Source: an uncultured delta proteobacterium (GTDB lineage: Bacteria > Desulfobacterota > Binatia > UBA9968). From it: a DNA stretch of 64,000 nt. The stretch covers positions 896,001-960,000 of the forward strand of contig CAVUVW010000014.1 of assembly GCA_963745035.1 (NCBI GenBank), given 5' to 3'. A program made the position numbers and the translations under genes. The notes beneath the pieces are model-generated. The model was not told the origin of the DNA, did no database searches, and saw nothing but the letters and a program-made list of their open reading frames with translations. Shown here piece after piece: positions 49,719-59,450 of the stretch (positions within the stretch are counted from its first letter, which is position 1; each line of letters starts with the position of its first letter).

Positions 49719-49856
49719 AAATGTTGATTATAACCGTATACACGACACGCAGACATAAGTAGCTTAATTGGGAAGCATGTTCAACGCTCTTCTCCTATAC
49801 GGGTGGAACACGCTCGGTTAAGCGGTGGAAACGCAAAGCACAAACGGAAGGTCGGG

Positions 49857-49994
49857 ATGAGTAAGCTTGACCAGTTTTGTGAGACGGTGCGATCCGCAGG
49901 ATTTGAACCACCGAAAATAATCGTCGCAGACGGAGAGCTACAGCGGTTTGCCAGTAGCGGTAAACGCGCCGTGCAGATTGGGGGCGCTCCGTGA
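49857..49994 (+). CDS. Short ORF resembling a primase N-terminal fragment
   Basis: IIVADGELQRF motif; stop overlaps the primase start (GTGA). Confidence 0.4.
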   Translation: MSKLDQFCETVRSAGFEPPKIIVADGELQRFASSGKRAVQIGGAP

Positions 49995-52031
49995 GTTTCG
50001 CGCCTCAGCATCTTGAAGACTTGCGACGTTCAGGACTGAGTGACGCGACTATTCAATTGATGGGTGTAGTGTCCCTCCCACCTGGCGAGATCAACAAATT
50101 GTCCGCCGGCGGGCTCTCCGGTGTCGAATCGGTCCTAGAATTTCCATATCCAAAAATCTCGGACTTTTCTCGCTATAAGCTGTTCCCTGCTCAAGGGGAC
50201 ATGAAATATTTTCAAAGAAAAGACAGCGGCAATCATCTTTATATACTTTCGCCGGTTCATGCGGTGCTAACTGATTTCCGAGAAAAGCTCTATTTTGTCG
50301 AGGGCGAAAAGAAAGCGGCTGCGGCGGTACAGCGTGGTCTCCATGCCGTGGGTTTTTCAGGTGTCTGGAATTGGAAAAACAAAGATAGCTGGAAGGGTAT
50401 CGACGAGCTTCAGTTAATCCCCTTTGCTGATCGTGACGTTGAGATAATCCCGGACTCCGACACCTGGACACGGGACGATCTGCAACGCGCCGTCTATGCC
50501 TTCGGCAAATATCTCGAGTCTCGCGGTGCTAGGGCATTTGTCACACTTATCCCTCCAAACGCTTCTGGGAAGTTGGCCTTGATGATTTTTTCCTCGTCCA
50601 TAGTGACGAAGATTTTCGGCAGCTCAAGAGACTCGATCTCAAACATCCAACGCTGGCCCAACACAAACAATGGTACGACGGCTGGAAAGAGAAGGCCGAA
50701 GGCCAGACTTACGACGGACTGCAGGGCAAGCCGCTATTCCTTCGCGAGGTCGAGCTGTATGCAGAGGCGGTAGAAGGCTGCGAACTGCTGATCGAGTTGT
50801 GCCGAGCCATCCGCCGGTATGTCGTCGCCGACAATGCGGATATTGTCGCTATGGCCTTGTGGTGTGTCCATGCCCATGGGATCGACGCCTTCGGTATTTC
50901 GCCATTTCTAAACCTGTCGTCACCGGAGAAGGGTTGCGGCAAGTCGACTACATTGACGGCCATATCCTATTTGCTGCCGCGTCCACTCTTGTCGGCGAGC
51001 GTCAGCCCCGCATCGATCTTTCGGGCGATCGAGCTTTACAAGCCGTCATTTCTGATCGACGAAGCCGACACCTTTGAAAACTTAAATGAGGATCTTCGCG
51101 GACTGCTTAACGCCTCGCACCTCCGTGCAACGGCGCAGGCTATCCGGATAGTCGGCGACAACCATGAGCCACGGACGTTTTCGACGTGGTGTCCCAAGGC
51201 GATCTCGCTAATCGGGCGCCTGCCGGCAACTCTCGAAGATCGATCGCTCGTTGTCGAAATGAAGCGGCGCCGGAACGATGAGGTGTGCGAGCGGTTTCGG
51301 CAATAGATCCGCATCCAGAGTTGGAACTGCTCGGCCAAAAAGCGGCGCGCTGGGTAAAAGACAATTTCAACCAACTCAAGCAGGCGAGGCCGACGATGGA
51401 CGGAATCGACAACCGTCTTCTTGACAACTGGCTCCCTGTGCTGGCGATCGCCGATATTGCCCGCGGCGACTGGCCGAAATGGGTAAGGATAGCCGCAAGG
51501 CGATTTGTCGCCAAAGCTGCTGACCCGACGTCGGTCAAGGTGGAATTGCTGATCGACATGGCCGAGATTATGGGCCACGAAGATCGGATGTTTAGCGAGG
51601 ATATGGTTATCGCGCTACATGCAATGGCCGATCGGCCGTGGCCGACATTTAGTCGCGGAAAGCCCATCACTCAGGTTCACATGGGCAGGATGCTCCACGG
51701 TTTCGGCATCAGGTCGAAAAACATCAGGATCAAGGATCGGCAAGCAAAGGGCTACGAGGCAACGGAGATCGGGACGGCTTTGAGCAGGTATGCACCTTCT
51801 GGCGACGCGTCCCAAGCGTCCCAAAAAATAAATGACAAGGAGATTGCTGAGTTACAGGCTATTTTTGGGACGAATCAATCCGTCCCAGAAGAAGCCGAGC
51901 CATCCCAAGCCAGATGGCCACGACGAACAGGGCTTCGATTGGATAAACGGGGAGCGGAAAGACGAGACATTGATGAGCAATGGACGCGAATTAAAGCCGA
52001 GCACGCAGCCAGACGAGCAAACGACAACTAA
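49991..52031 (+). CDS. Primase-helicase: DUF3854 (TOPRIM) plus DUF3631 P-loop domain, frameshifts near 50565 and 51303
   Basis: VEGEKKA, GVWNW, PDSD; SPEKGCGKST, IDEAD, DNWLPVLAIAD..GDWP. Confidence 0.85.
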
Positions 52032-52109
52032 GGGTATCAACGCCGCCGAGGTGCTACGGATATTTCCCGGCGCGAGGGTAATCAAGGAAGGGGCGGAGAG
52101 CTAGAGTCG

Positions 52110-52421
52110 ATGAACGACCCGATTAGCTCTTTGGCCGAAGCGCTAGCGGCGATAATCAAACCGATCGTCAAAGAGGCCGTCCGAGAGGCGTTGAGTCTCA
52201 ATTCCCGTAGTGGCGCGGAATCGACGCCAGCAGATAAGTCTTTTCTGACGATCAAACAAGCGGCGGCAACCTCCGGGCTTGGCGCTTCCACCATCCGCCT
52301 AGCGATTCGCCGCAGAAATTTGCGAGCGCAGAAGGTTGGCCGGCGGGTGCTGCTCAAAAAAACTGATCTGGAACATTTCCTGGAGGCGAACCCGATTGAG
52401 GCGATAGCAGAGCGGTATTGA
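52110..52421 (+). CDS. Excisionase-family HTH_17 protein
   Basis: FLTIKQAAATSGLGASTIRLAI...KVGRRVLL. Confidence 0.85.
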   Translation: MNDPISSLAEALAAIIKPIVKEAVREALSLNSRSGAESTPADKSFLTIKQAAATSGLGASTIRLAIRRRNLRAQKVGRRVLLKKTDLEHFLEANPIEAIAERY

Positions 52422-52457
52422 CATGAATAGGTCATTATGTCATAATGACATTATGAC
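52418..52457 (+). promoter_or_regulatory. Sigma70 promoter with overlapping palindromic operator, probably leaderless
   Basis: TTGACA-N17-CATAAT, ATG 6 nt downstream; GTCATTAT GTCATAAT GACATTAT GAC. Confidence 0.75.
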
Positions 52458-52671
52458 TAAGAAGGAGTTTAAAGCGATTCGAGGACGGATCGAATTTAGT
52501 CAGGCGAGGTTAGCCAAGGAACTTGGAGTGACATTGCGAACGGTCGCTAGATGGGAACGCGGCGAGTTTCCTATACCGCGTGTCGCGGAACTGGCCCTGC
52601 GGAATTTGGTCCGAGAGTCACTAACGGAAACAATTCCGTGGGAAAAGCTCAAGAAAGACATGAAGCTGTAA
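52453..52671 (+). CDS. XRE-family HTH regulator
   Basis: SQARLAKELGVTLRTVARWERG. Confidence 0.9.
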   Translation: MTKKEFKAIRGRIEFSQARLAKELGVTLRTVARWERGEFPIPRVAELALRNLVRESLTETIPWEKLKKDMKL

Positions 52672-52684
52672 GGAGCTTTGAATC

Positions 52685-53965
52685 ATGGCCAAAGGTATAT
52701 ACGAGCGCAAAGGCAATAACGGCGACGTGACTTATTACATCCGCTATCAGGTGGACGGTACGGACATAAAAGAGCGAGTGGGGAGAAGGTCGCGAGGTTT
52801 TACGCGGGAACTAGCGAAGGATGCATTGAACTCACGATTAGGCGACATAGCGCAAGGGCATTTTAACTTGGAGAAGGTGCGAAAGCCGGTGCCATTTTCT
52901 AAGTTGGCGGAAAAGTATCGCGAGTTTGCCGGCGGATACAAGAGAGGGTGGGGGACGGAAAAGTATATCGTTGAAGAGTTTGCGTCACTCTTCGGCGACA
53001 CTCCGCTGGCGCAGATCACAACGTGGCAGATCGAGAAGTGGAAAGCGGAAGAGGGGAAGCGACTAAACCCGGTTACCGTGAATCGCCGTTTGACAGTGAT
53101 CAAGCATATGTTCAAGAAGGCCGTCGAGTGGGATCTTGTTAAGAGTAACCCGGCAACGTCGGTCAAAAGATTTTCAGTGACAAGCGAGCGCACAAGATTT
53201 CTGACGGAGCAGGAAATTAAAGCTTTGCTTGAGGACTGTGAGAAAATGGTCACATCACCCTGGCTTTTGCCCTTGGTGAAACTGGCTTTGAATACCGGGA
53301 TGAGACAAGGCGAATTGCTAAAGCTCAAATGGGAGAACGTGGACTTAGAGCGGGAGTCGATTACGATTATTCAGAGCAAAACGCTACGGCGAAAGACCAT
53401 CGCCATCAATCAGCAAGCGCGAGAGGCATTGAACTGGCTGCAAGAGAATCGTTACGGTGAGCTTCTCTTCATGTGGCCGTGGGGCGATCCGATCGGTAAG
53501 GTTACAGTCTACGATGCCTTTAAAAAAGCCTGTAGTGCGGCAAAGATCGACGATTTCCGTTTCCATGACCTTCGGCATACCTTCGCGTCTCATCTCGTTA
53601 TGGCGGGCGTGGATTTGGTCACAGTGAAGGAGTTACTCGGCCATAAGACAATCAACATGACAAACCGCTACACTCACCTTGCCCAAGAGCACAAAGCGCA
53701 AGCGGTGGCGAAGCTCGAAGATCGTTACAAGGTGGCGGAGAGTGGAACGCAAAGCGCAACCGTGTCACCGGAAATGAAAGAGGCAATCAACGCGGTTTTC
53801 ACGCCGAAGTTGGAACAAAACCGGAACATTTTTTTAGTGAGAAGAGGGCGAGGACTTGGAATCTTGAGTGATTTCAACGACGGAATGGAGGCGGCGAGCG
53901 GATTCGAACCGCTGCATCGAGGTTTTGCAGACCTCTCCCTTAACCACTTGGGTACGCCGCCTTGA
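52685..53965 (+). CDS. int: Tyrosine integrase reading through the att core and antisense across tRNA-Cys
   Basis: TGMRQGEL, FHDLRHTFAS, LLGH, RY catalytic residues; RBS AAGGAG. Confidence 0.95.
   Translation: MAKGIYERKGNNGDVTYYIRYQVDGTDIKERVGRRSRGFTRELAKDALNSRLGDIAQGHFNLEKVRKPVPFSKLAEKYREFAGGYKRGWGTEKYIVEEFASLFGDTPLAQITTWQIEKWKAEEGKRLNPVTVNRRLTVIKHMFKKAVEWDLVKSNPATSVKRFSVTSERTRFLTEQEIKALLEDCEKMVTSPWLLPLVKLALNTGMRQGELLKLKWENVDLERESITIIQSKTLRRKTIAINQQAREALNWLQENRYGELLFMWPWGDPIGKVTVYDAFKKACSAAKIDDFRFHDLRHTFASHLVMAGVDLVTVKELLGHKTINMTNRYTHLAQEHKAQAVAKLEDRYKVAESGTQSATVSPEMKEAINAVFTPKLEQNRNIFLVRRGRGLGILSDFNDGMEAASGFEPLHRGFADLSLNHLGTPP
53886..53961 (-). tRNA. tRNA-Cys (GCA)
   Basis: GGCGGCG acceptor stem, anticodon loop CTGCAAA, GGTTCGAATCC, encoded CCA end. 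Confidence 0.97.
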
Positions 53966-54067
53966 GCCGTAGCTAACATGAACTTTTCACCACTTGCAAC
54001 CGCGGCGCAAATTATTGACAACCCAGGGTGAAACACGTAATTAACCAGATGAATCGGGAGTTTCCTT

Positions 54068-55432
54068 ATGGCCACGATGATCACCAGCGACTGCATCAAT
54101 TGCGGCGCATGCGAACCCGAATGCCCGAACAATGCTATCAGCCAGGGTGATCCGGTATACGTCATCGATCCGCTGCTGTGCACCGAGTGCGTCGGCTTCC
54201 ACGATTATGAGGCCTGCGCAGCGGTGTGCCCGGTGGACGTCTGCGTCACCGATCCGAACAACATCGAATCTGAAGAAGCGCTGGTCGCGCGCGCTCGCTC
54301 CTTGCATCCGCAAACCGACTTTGGGGAAAACTTCCAATCGCGTTTCCGCAAGGCCGTCAGCAATGGCGCGGCGGCGCCCGCGCCCGTGCCCGCCCCCGCG
54401 CCAGCGGAGGTTCATGCGGCGGCGCCGCAGGAGGTTAGCGCCGCGAAATCCGCCGGCCCCGCGCCCGAGCCTACAGCGGCGCCTGCCGCGCCCGCGCCGG
54501 CCGCTAAAGTCGCTCCTGCGGCGACGCCCAAACCCGCTCCCGCCAAAAAAGAGATCAAGCCGAAGAAAACTTTCCCCAAGGAGTTGCCTGTCAGCTTTGA
54601 AGAAGCTTCGAAGAAACACGGGGGAGGCGCGGGAAATATGCCAGGCGCGCTCAAGCTCGCGATCATCCTACTCCAGCCAGTGATCGGCGCCTTGCCGCAC
54701 AATACGAAGAAGCGGCTCGAGGACGCGCTGCAGACGCCGCTCTTTACCGCGGCCGGAAGCACGGCGGTCAACATCGTTCACAATGCCGTGCTCTATCCGC
54801 TCGCCTTCATGGCGGTCGCCGCCGCGGTGCAAGGACCGCAGGTGATTTTCAGCCAGGACATCAACAACTACGTCTTGTTGGGGCTGCTGCTGGCGGTGCT
54901 CGAAGGAATATTTCGCTTAAAAGATGGAATCTTCGGCGCCAAGCCCGCCAGTGAAATGACTTTTCCGCCATCTTTTTACGGCGCGCCGCTGGCGATTGTG
55001 GTGGCGCCATTTTTGAAAAAATACACCGGTGTGATCCGCGAGATTCCAGTGCCCGTAGAGGGCTTCTATTCCAAGGGGTTCGTCGATAAGCTGGAGCGCG
55101 AACGGCGCTATGGCAACGTCTACACGGTGGAAGACCAGGGCGGCGCGTTTCTCGTGCGCATGGAGTTTCCTCGGCGGATGCCGGATATCGGCATTGCCAA
55201 GCGCGAGCAGCTACCCGACGAGCTGCCGGACTATGACTACGATTTGGAGCTGCAGGATGGGCAGCTGACGGTCAGAGGCAAATGCACGGATGAGGCGGTG
55301 CGGAAAATCTCTGCGAGCGTCGGTGCCTTCCCGCCGGAATTTGTCACGGTCATCCCCTTTCGGCAGAAGACCTCCGGGTTTGTCCACCGTTACGACGACA
55401 AGCTTCTCGAGATTCTGGTCGAGAAGGCGTAG
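54068..55432 (+). CDS. YfhL-like 2x[4Fe-4S] ferredoxin fused via a Pro/Ala linker to a membrane domain and an Hsp20-like C-terminus
   Basis: CINCGACEPECP, CTECVG..CAAVCP; PAPA linker; TM helices. Confidence 0.75.
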   Translation: MATMITSDCINCGACEPECPNNAISQGDPVYVIDPLLCTECVGFHDYEACAAVCPVDVCVTDPNNIESEEALVARARSLHPQTDFGENFQSRFRKAVSNGAAAPAPVPAPAPAEVHAAAPQEVSAAKSAGPAPEPTAAPAAPAPAAKVAPAATPKPAPAKKEIKPKKTFPKELPVSFEEASKKHGGGAGNMPGALKLAIILLQPVIGALPHNTKKRLEDALQTPLFTAAGSTAVNIVHNAVLYPLAFMAVAAAVQGPQVIFSQDINNYVLLGLLLAVLEGIFRLKDGIFGAKPASEMTFPPSFYGAPLAIVVAPFLKKYTGVIREIPVPVEGFYSKGFVDKLERERRYGNVYTVEDQGGAFLVRMEFPRRMPDIGIAKREQLPDELPDYDYDLELQDGQLTVRGKCTDEAVRKISASVGAFPPEFVTVIPFRQKTSGFVHRYDDKLLEILVEKA

Positions 55433-55559
55433 TTTTTTACCGCGGAGCACGGCGATCGCTCACCAAGCCGATTCAAAACCGAACTCGATCCAAAAGCCAC
55501 AGCTCGACAACGACGCTTGTAATTTTTTTGCGTCCATCGATCCGCTGCGGTTTCGCCCG

Positions 55560-55985
55560 ATGAACATCGCCGATCTCGACGAGGTGATGACGATCGAGAG
55601 ATCTTCGTTTCGCTTCCCCTGGAGCGCGGGCTTTTTTCGCCAGGAGCTTCAAGTTGCCTGTGCCCGTTCGATTCTCGCGGAGGCGGACGGGAAAATCATC
55701 GGTTACGTTCTCTTCTGGCTTCTCCCCGGCGCCCTCGATATTCACAATATAGCCGTCCATGCCGACTATCGCCGCCGCGGCGTCGCCCGCATTCTCCTCG
55801 GGCGCGTGATCCATGAGGCAAGGTGCCAGTCGATAACGCGCGTGTTACTTGAGGTTCGGACGTCCAACCTACCGGCCCAAAAGCTTTATGAGGCGATGGG
55901 TTTCTGCGCGACGGGCGTCCGCAAAGGTTACTACTCCGACAACGGCGAGGACGCTTTGGCGATGGCGCTGGAGCTCGGCCCATAG
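55560..55985 (+). CDS. rimI: Ribosomal protein S18 N-acetyltransferase (start may be slightly upstream)
   Basis: PWS, NIAVH..YRRRG, LEVRTSN, RKGYY..GEDA. Confidence 0.9.
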   Translation: MNIADLDEVMTIERSSFRFPWSAGFFRQELQVACARSILAEADGKIIGYVLFWLLPGALDIHNIAVHADYRRRGVARILLGRVIHEARCQSITRVLLEVRTSNLPAQKLYEAMGFCATGVRKGYYSDNGEDALAMALELGP

Positions 55986-56093
55986 GTAGGGCCGCATATC
56001 GCGAGCGCCGGCGCGACAACTTAATTACTGCCATGATATTTTAGGTCTAAACGATTGGAAACTGCTCAGATTATCTAGTCTGGGCCGCTTCCC

Positions 56094-56123
56094 TTGACTG
56101 TCTCTCCCTCGCGGGTGTATAAA
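56094..56123 (+). promoter_or_regulatory. Putative sigma70 promoter for carD
   Basis: TTGACT-N18-TATAAA. Confidence 0.55.
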
Positions 56124-56144
56124 TTAAATGTTGGTTAACTGTTT

Positions 56145-56178
56145 TTAGCGGTCAGCATTATCGACCGCTAATTTTTTT
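56145..56178 (+). terminator. Terminator-like hairpin in the carD leader
   Basis: TTAGCGGTC-N9-GACCGCTAA-T7. Confidence 0.6.
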
Positions 56179-56378
56179 GAAGGCGCCAATCAGCGGGGCG
56201 GATGAGAGCTGCATGGTCGAAAAGTTCCAGCAAAAAATTCCGGTCCACTGTCCGCCCGCTCAAGTCGCCTTCGCCCCTTCCTTTTCGCACGACAATCAGC
56301 CTTACAGCAGTCTCCGTCAATTCAATCGGCAAGAATGCGGTCCAGCGATCGAAAGTTTCGATTCAGGAGGAAACCAGT

Positions 56379-56861
56379 ATGTTTAAAGTCGGCGAAAAGG
56401 TGGTATACCCCGCCCACGGGGTTGGTGAGATCGAGGCGATACGAAGCCACGTCATATCGGGCACCGAGAAGAAATTCTATATGCTGCGCATTCTCGAGAC
56501 CGATATGAAAATCATGATTCCCATCGATAACGTCGATTCCGTCGGACTGCGGAAGATTATCGACCGCGCGATGGTCACCAAAGTGTACAAGGTGCTCCGC
56601 CAGAAAAAAGTCGAAACCGATCAGCAAACCTGGAATCGCCGCTACCGCGAGTATACCGAAAAGATCAAGACCGGCTCCATCCTCGAAATCGCGAAAGTTT
56701 TGCGCGATCTCTTCGTTTTGAAAGGCGACAAGGAGCTTTCCTTCGGAGAGCGGAAAATGCTCGACACGGCGCGCAACCTTCTGGTCAAGGAGCTTTCGAT
56801 CGCCCGTTCCCACTCGGAAGAGAAAATCATGGAGGAGCTCCGCCATATTTTTACGCACTGA
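56379..56861 (+). CDS. carD: CarD/CdnL transcription regulator
   Basis: FKVGEKVVYPAHGVG, TWNRRYR; adjacent to ispD. Confidence 0.95.
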   Translation: MFKVGEKVVYPAHGVGEIEAIRSHVISGTEKKFYMLRILETDMKIMIPIDNVDSVGLRKIIDRAMVTKVYKVLRQKKVETDQQTWNRRYREYTEKIKTGSILEIAKVLRDLFVLKGDKELSFGERKMLDTARNLLVKELSIARSHSEEKIMEELRHIFTH

Positions 56862-56885
56862 GCGGAGTCGATTGAACAGTTTTCC

Positions 56886-56916
56886 AAGAGCCGAGAGCGT
56901 TCCTCTCGGCTCTTTT
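56886..56916 (+). terminator. Hairpin/terminator between carD and ispD
   Basis: AAGAGCCGAGAG-cgttc-CTCTCGGCTCTTTT. Confidence 0.6.
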
Positions 56917-56927
56917 GTTTTGATCCG

Positions 56928-57629
56928 ATGAAAAGAGCGACCGCCATCGTCCTTGCCGCCGGTGCCGGCCTGCGGCTCGGCGGCGATATCCCGAAAGCCT
57001 ACCAGCCGGTCGCCGGGCGCCCGTTGGCGCTGCGAACTCTCGACCGGATGTTTGCGACGCGTTCGGTCGATGCGGCGATCGTCGTCGTTGCCGCCGACGA
57101 AACCGCGCGGTGCGAAGCGCTGCTCCGCGCCGACCCGACGTTGCGCAGCCGCCGGTGGTCGCTTCAGAGCGGCGGCGCGACCCGCCAGCAGTCGGCGAGA
57201 CGGGGCTTGGAGCGGGTCGGCTCGGATAGCGAGATCGTGATTCTTCACGACGCTGCGCGGCCGTTTGTTTCCGCTGCGCTGATCGATCGCTGCGTCGAGG
57301 CGGCGGCGGAGAAGGGGGCGGTGGTCGTCGGTCTGCCGGTGCGCGATACGATCAAGGCGGTCGCGCCGGAGCGCTGGATCGAATCCACGCCGGACCGAAG
57401 CGCGCTCTGGGAAATTCAAACGCCGCAGGTTTTCCGGCGCGAGTTGATCGTTGCGGCGCACGAGCAAGCGGAACGCGACGGCGCGCAGGTGACCGACGAC
57501 GCGATGGTCGTCGAGCGCACCGGCGCGCGAGTCTACGTGCTCGAGGGCGAGCGGACAAATTTTAAGATTACCGTGCCGGAGGATCTCTGGCTCGCGGAGC
57601 TCATGATCCGCGAAGGGCGAGCGCCTTAA
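56928..57629 (+). CDS. ispD: 2-C-methyl-D-erythritol 4-phosphate cytidylyltransferase
   Basis: LAAGAG.R, HDAARP, QTPQ, TDD, KIT. Confidence 0.95.
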   Translation: MKRATAIVLAAGAGLRLGGDIPKAYQPVAGRPLALRTLDRMFATRSVDAAIVVVAADETARCEALLRADPTLRSRRWSLQSGGATRQQSARRGLERVGSDSEIVILHDAARPFVSAALIDRCVEAAAEKGAVVVGLPVRDTIKAVAPERWIESTPDRSALWEIQTPQVFRRELIVAAHEQAERDGAQVTDDAMVVERTGARVYVLEGERTNFKITVPEDLWLAELMIREGRAP

Positions 57630-58438
57630 AGGATTTGCGCGTTGAGCGCTTCGTTCAAGCTGCCGCTTCGAAACCCCTGCAAATCGAGACTCACGAAGCG
57701 AAAGCCCAGCTCCTTAAATTTTTTCACGACCGCGTCTCGCGTGGTTTTTTCAAACAGGCGGTCGATTTCGTTCTGCGCAACTTCGATTCTCGCCAGGTCG
57801 CCGTGATAGCGCACGCGGAACTCCCGGAAGTGAAGCTGCTTCAAGAACAGCTCGCAGCTCCCGACTTGCTTCAGCCGCTCCAGGTCGATGGCGGTGCCGT
57901 AGGGAAAACGCGAAGACAGGCATGGGCTCGACGGCTTGTCCCAGGTGGGCAGGCCGAGCCCGCGGCTGTAACGCCGGATATCGTCTTTGGTCATGCCCGC
58001 TTCCACCAGCGGATGGCGCACGCCCCATTGGTCGGCGGCCTTGAGTCCGGGCCGGTGATCTTGCAAGTCGTCCAAGTTGGTTCCGTCGACGATGGTTGCG
58101 ATGTCGAGCTTGTCGGCCTCGGCGCGGCAGATGCGATAGAGCTCGTCTTTGCAAAAAAAACAGCGATTGACCGGATTTTGCGAGAAGGAAGGATTCTCGA
58201 GCTCGTGTGAATTCAAGACGATGTGGCGGCAGCCGAGCTCCGCGGTAAACGCCTTGGCGGCGTCGATCTCGCCGGGAGGCGCCGAGGGCGAGCTCGCGGT
58301 CAGCGCCACCGCTCCGTCGCCGAGGCTCATGTGCGCGGCTTTGAGAAGAAAGGTCGAGTCGACGCCGGCGGAGAAGGCGACCAGCAGACCGGCGTGCTCG
58401 CGCAAGATGCGGGTCAGTTGTTCGAATTTTGCGTCCAT
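57626..58438 (-). CDS. larE: ATP-dependent sulfur transferase LarE
   Basis: [10 protein letters not shown]-loop, [21 protein letters not shown]. Confidence 0.9.
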   Translation of the reverse strand: MDAKFEQLTRILREHAGLLVAFSAGVDSTFLLKAAHMSLGDGAVALTASSPSAPPGEIDAAKAFTAELGCRHIVLNSHELENPSFSQNPVNRCFFCKDELYRICRAEADKLDIATIVDGTNLDDLQDHRPGLKAADQWGVRHPLVEAGMTKDDIRRYSRGLGLPTWDKPSSPCLSSRFPYGTAIDLERLKQVGSCELFLKQLHFREFRVRYHGDLARIEVAQNEIDRLFEKTTRDAVVKKFKELGFRFVSLDLQGFRSGSLNEALNAQIL

Positions 58439-59376
58439 CGCTTGTCACCGAACAGATCCGTGCTCAAGTAATGCTCGCCTTTATCCGCGAAGATCGTCAC
58501 GACCACGTGGCCTTTGCCGAGTTGCCTCGCGACTTTGAGCGCCGCGCAGCACGCCGCGCCCGACGAGATCCCGACCAGCAGGCCTTCCTCGGCGGCCAGG
58601 CGCCGGCTGTGAGCGGTCGCCTCTTCATCGCTCACCGCAATGACTTCATCGAGGACCTGCCGGTTGAGCACCGCGGGAATAAATCCCGCGCCGATGCCCT
58701 GGATCTTGTGAAAACCTGGCTCGCCGCCCGAGATCACCGGCGAGGCGCCCGGCTCCACGGCGCAGACGCGCACACCCTTCATTTTTTCTTTCAGTACTTC
58801 GCCGACGCCGGTGATCGTTCCGCCGGTGCCCACGCCGGCGACGAAGGCGTCAATGCGCTTGAACTGCTTGAGCAGCTCGACGGCGGTTGTTTTGCGGTGC
58901 ATTTCCGGATTGGCCGGATTGTTGAATTGCTGCGGCATGAAATAATCGCCGTGCTCCTGCATCAGCTCTTCGGCTTTGTGGATCGCGCCGCCCATGCCCT
59001 TGGTGTCCGGCGTGAGAATCAGCCGCGCGCCATAGGCGCACAGCAGGCTGCGCCGCTCTTCGCTCATGGTGTCGGGCATGGTGAGAATCAACCGGTAGCC
59101 TTTCACCGCCGCGATCAGAGCGAGACCGATGCCGGTGTTGCCGCTGGTCGGCTCAACGATCGTCGCGCCCGGCTTGAGCTTGCCCTGTTGCTCGGCGCTT
59201 TCGATCATGTTGAGGCAGATGCGATCTTTAACCGAACCGCCCGGGTTGAACGACTCCATTTTCGCCCAGACTTCAGCATCGTTCTTGCCGACGAGCGCTT
59301 TCAGTTTGATGACCGGAGTCGAGCCGATAAGATCCAGAACGGATCGGGCGCCATTCAAGTTTGCCAACGGTTTCAC
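58414..59376 (-). CDS. cysK: Cysteine synthase A
   Basis: [26 protein letters not shown]. Confidence 0.95.
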   Translation of the reverse strand: MKPLANLNGARSVLDLIGSTPVIKLKALVGKNDAEVWAKMESFNPGGSVKDRICLNMIESAEQQGKLKPGATIVEPTSGNTGIGLALIAAVKGYRLILTMPDTMSEERRSLLCAYGARLILTPDTKGMGGAIHKAEELMQEHGDYFMPQQFNNPANPEMHRKTTAVELLKQFKRIDAFVAGVGTGGTITGVGEVLKEKMKGVRVCAVEPGASPVISGGEPGFHKIQGIGAGFIPAVLNRQVLDEVIAVSDEEATAHSRRLAAEEGLLVGISSGAACCAALKVARQLGKGHVVVTIFADKGEHYLSTDLFGDKRWTQNSNN

Positions 59377-59450
59377 TCGTCTTTCTTAAAAGGTGTGGAA
59401 AATCTGAATAGACTTTGGTGAAATGCTATAGCTTCGATTTATCGTTGTCA

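Larger units (their letters stand above)
37369..53922. mobile_element. ~16.5 kb integrative element (satellite-like island) inserted in tRNA-Cys
   Basis: 37-bp direct repeat of the tRNA 3' end at both ends; integrase, XRE, xis and primase-helicase; visibly more AT-rich than the flanks. Confidence 0.93.

Noticed and set aside
54360-54545. GC-rich repetitive DNA as a tandem repeat element
   Set aside because: It encodes the Pro/Ala linker of the ferredoxin fusion.
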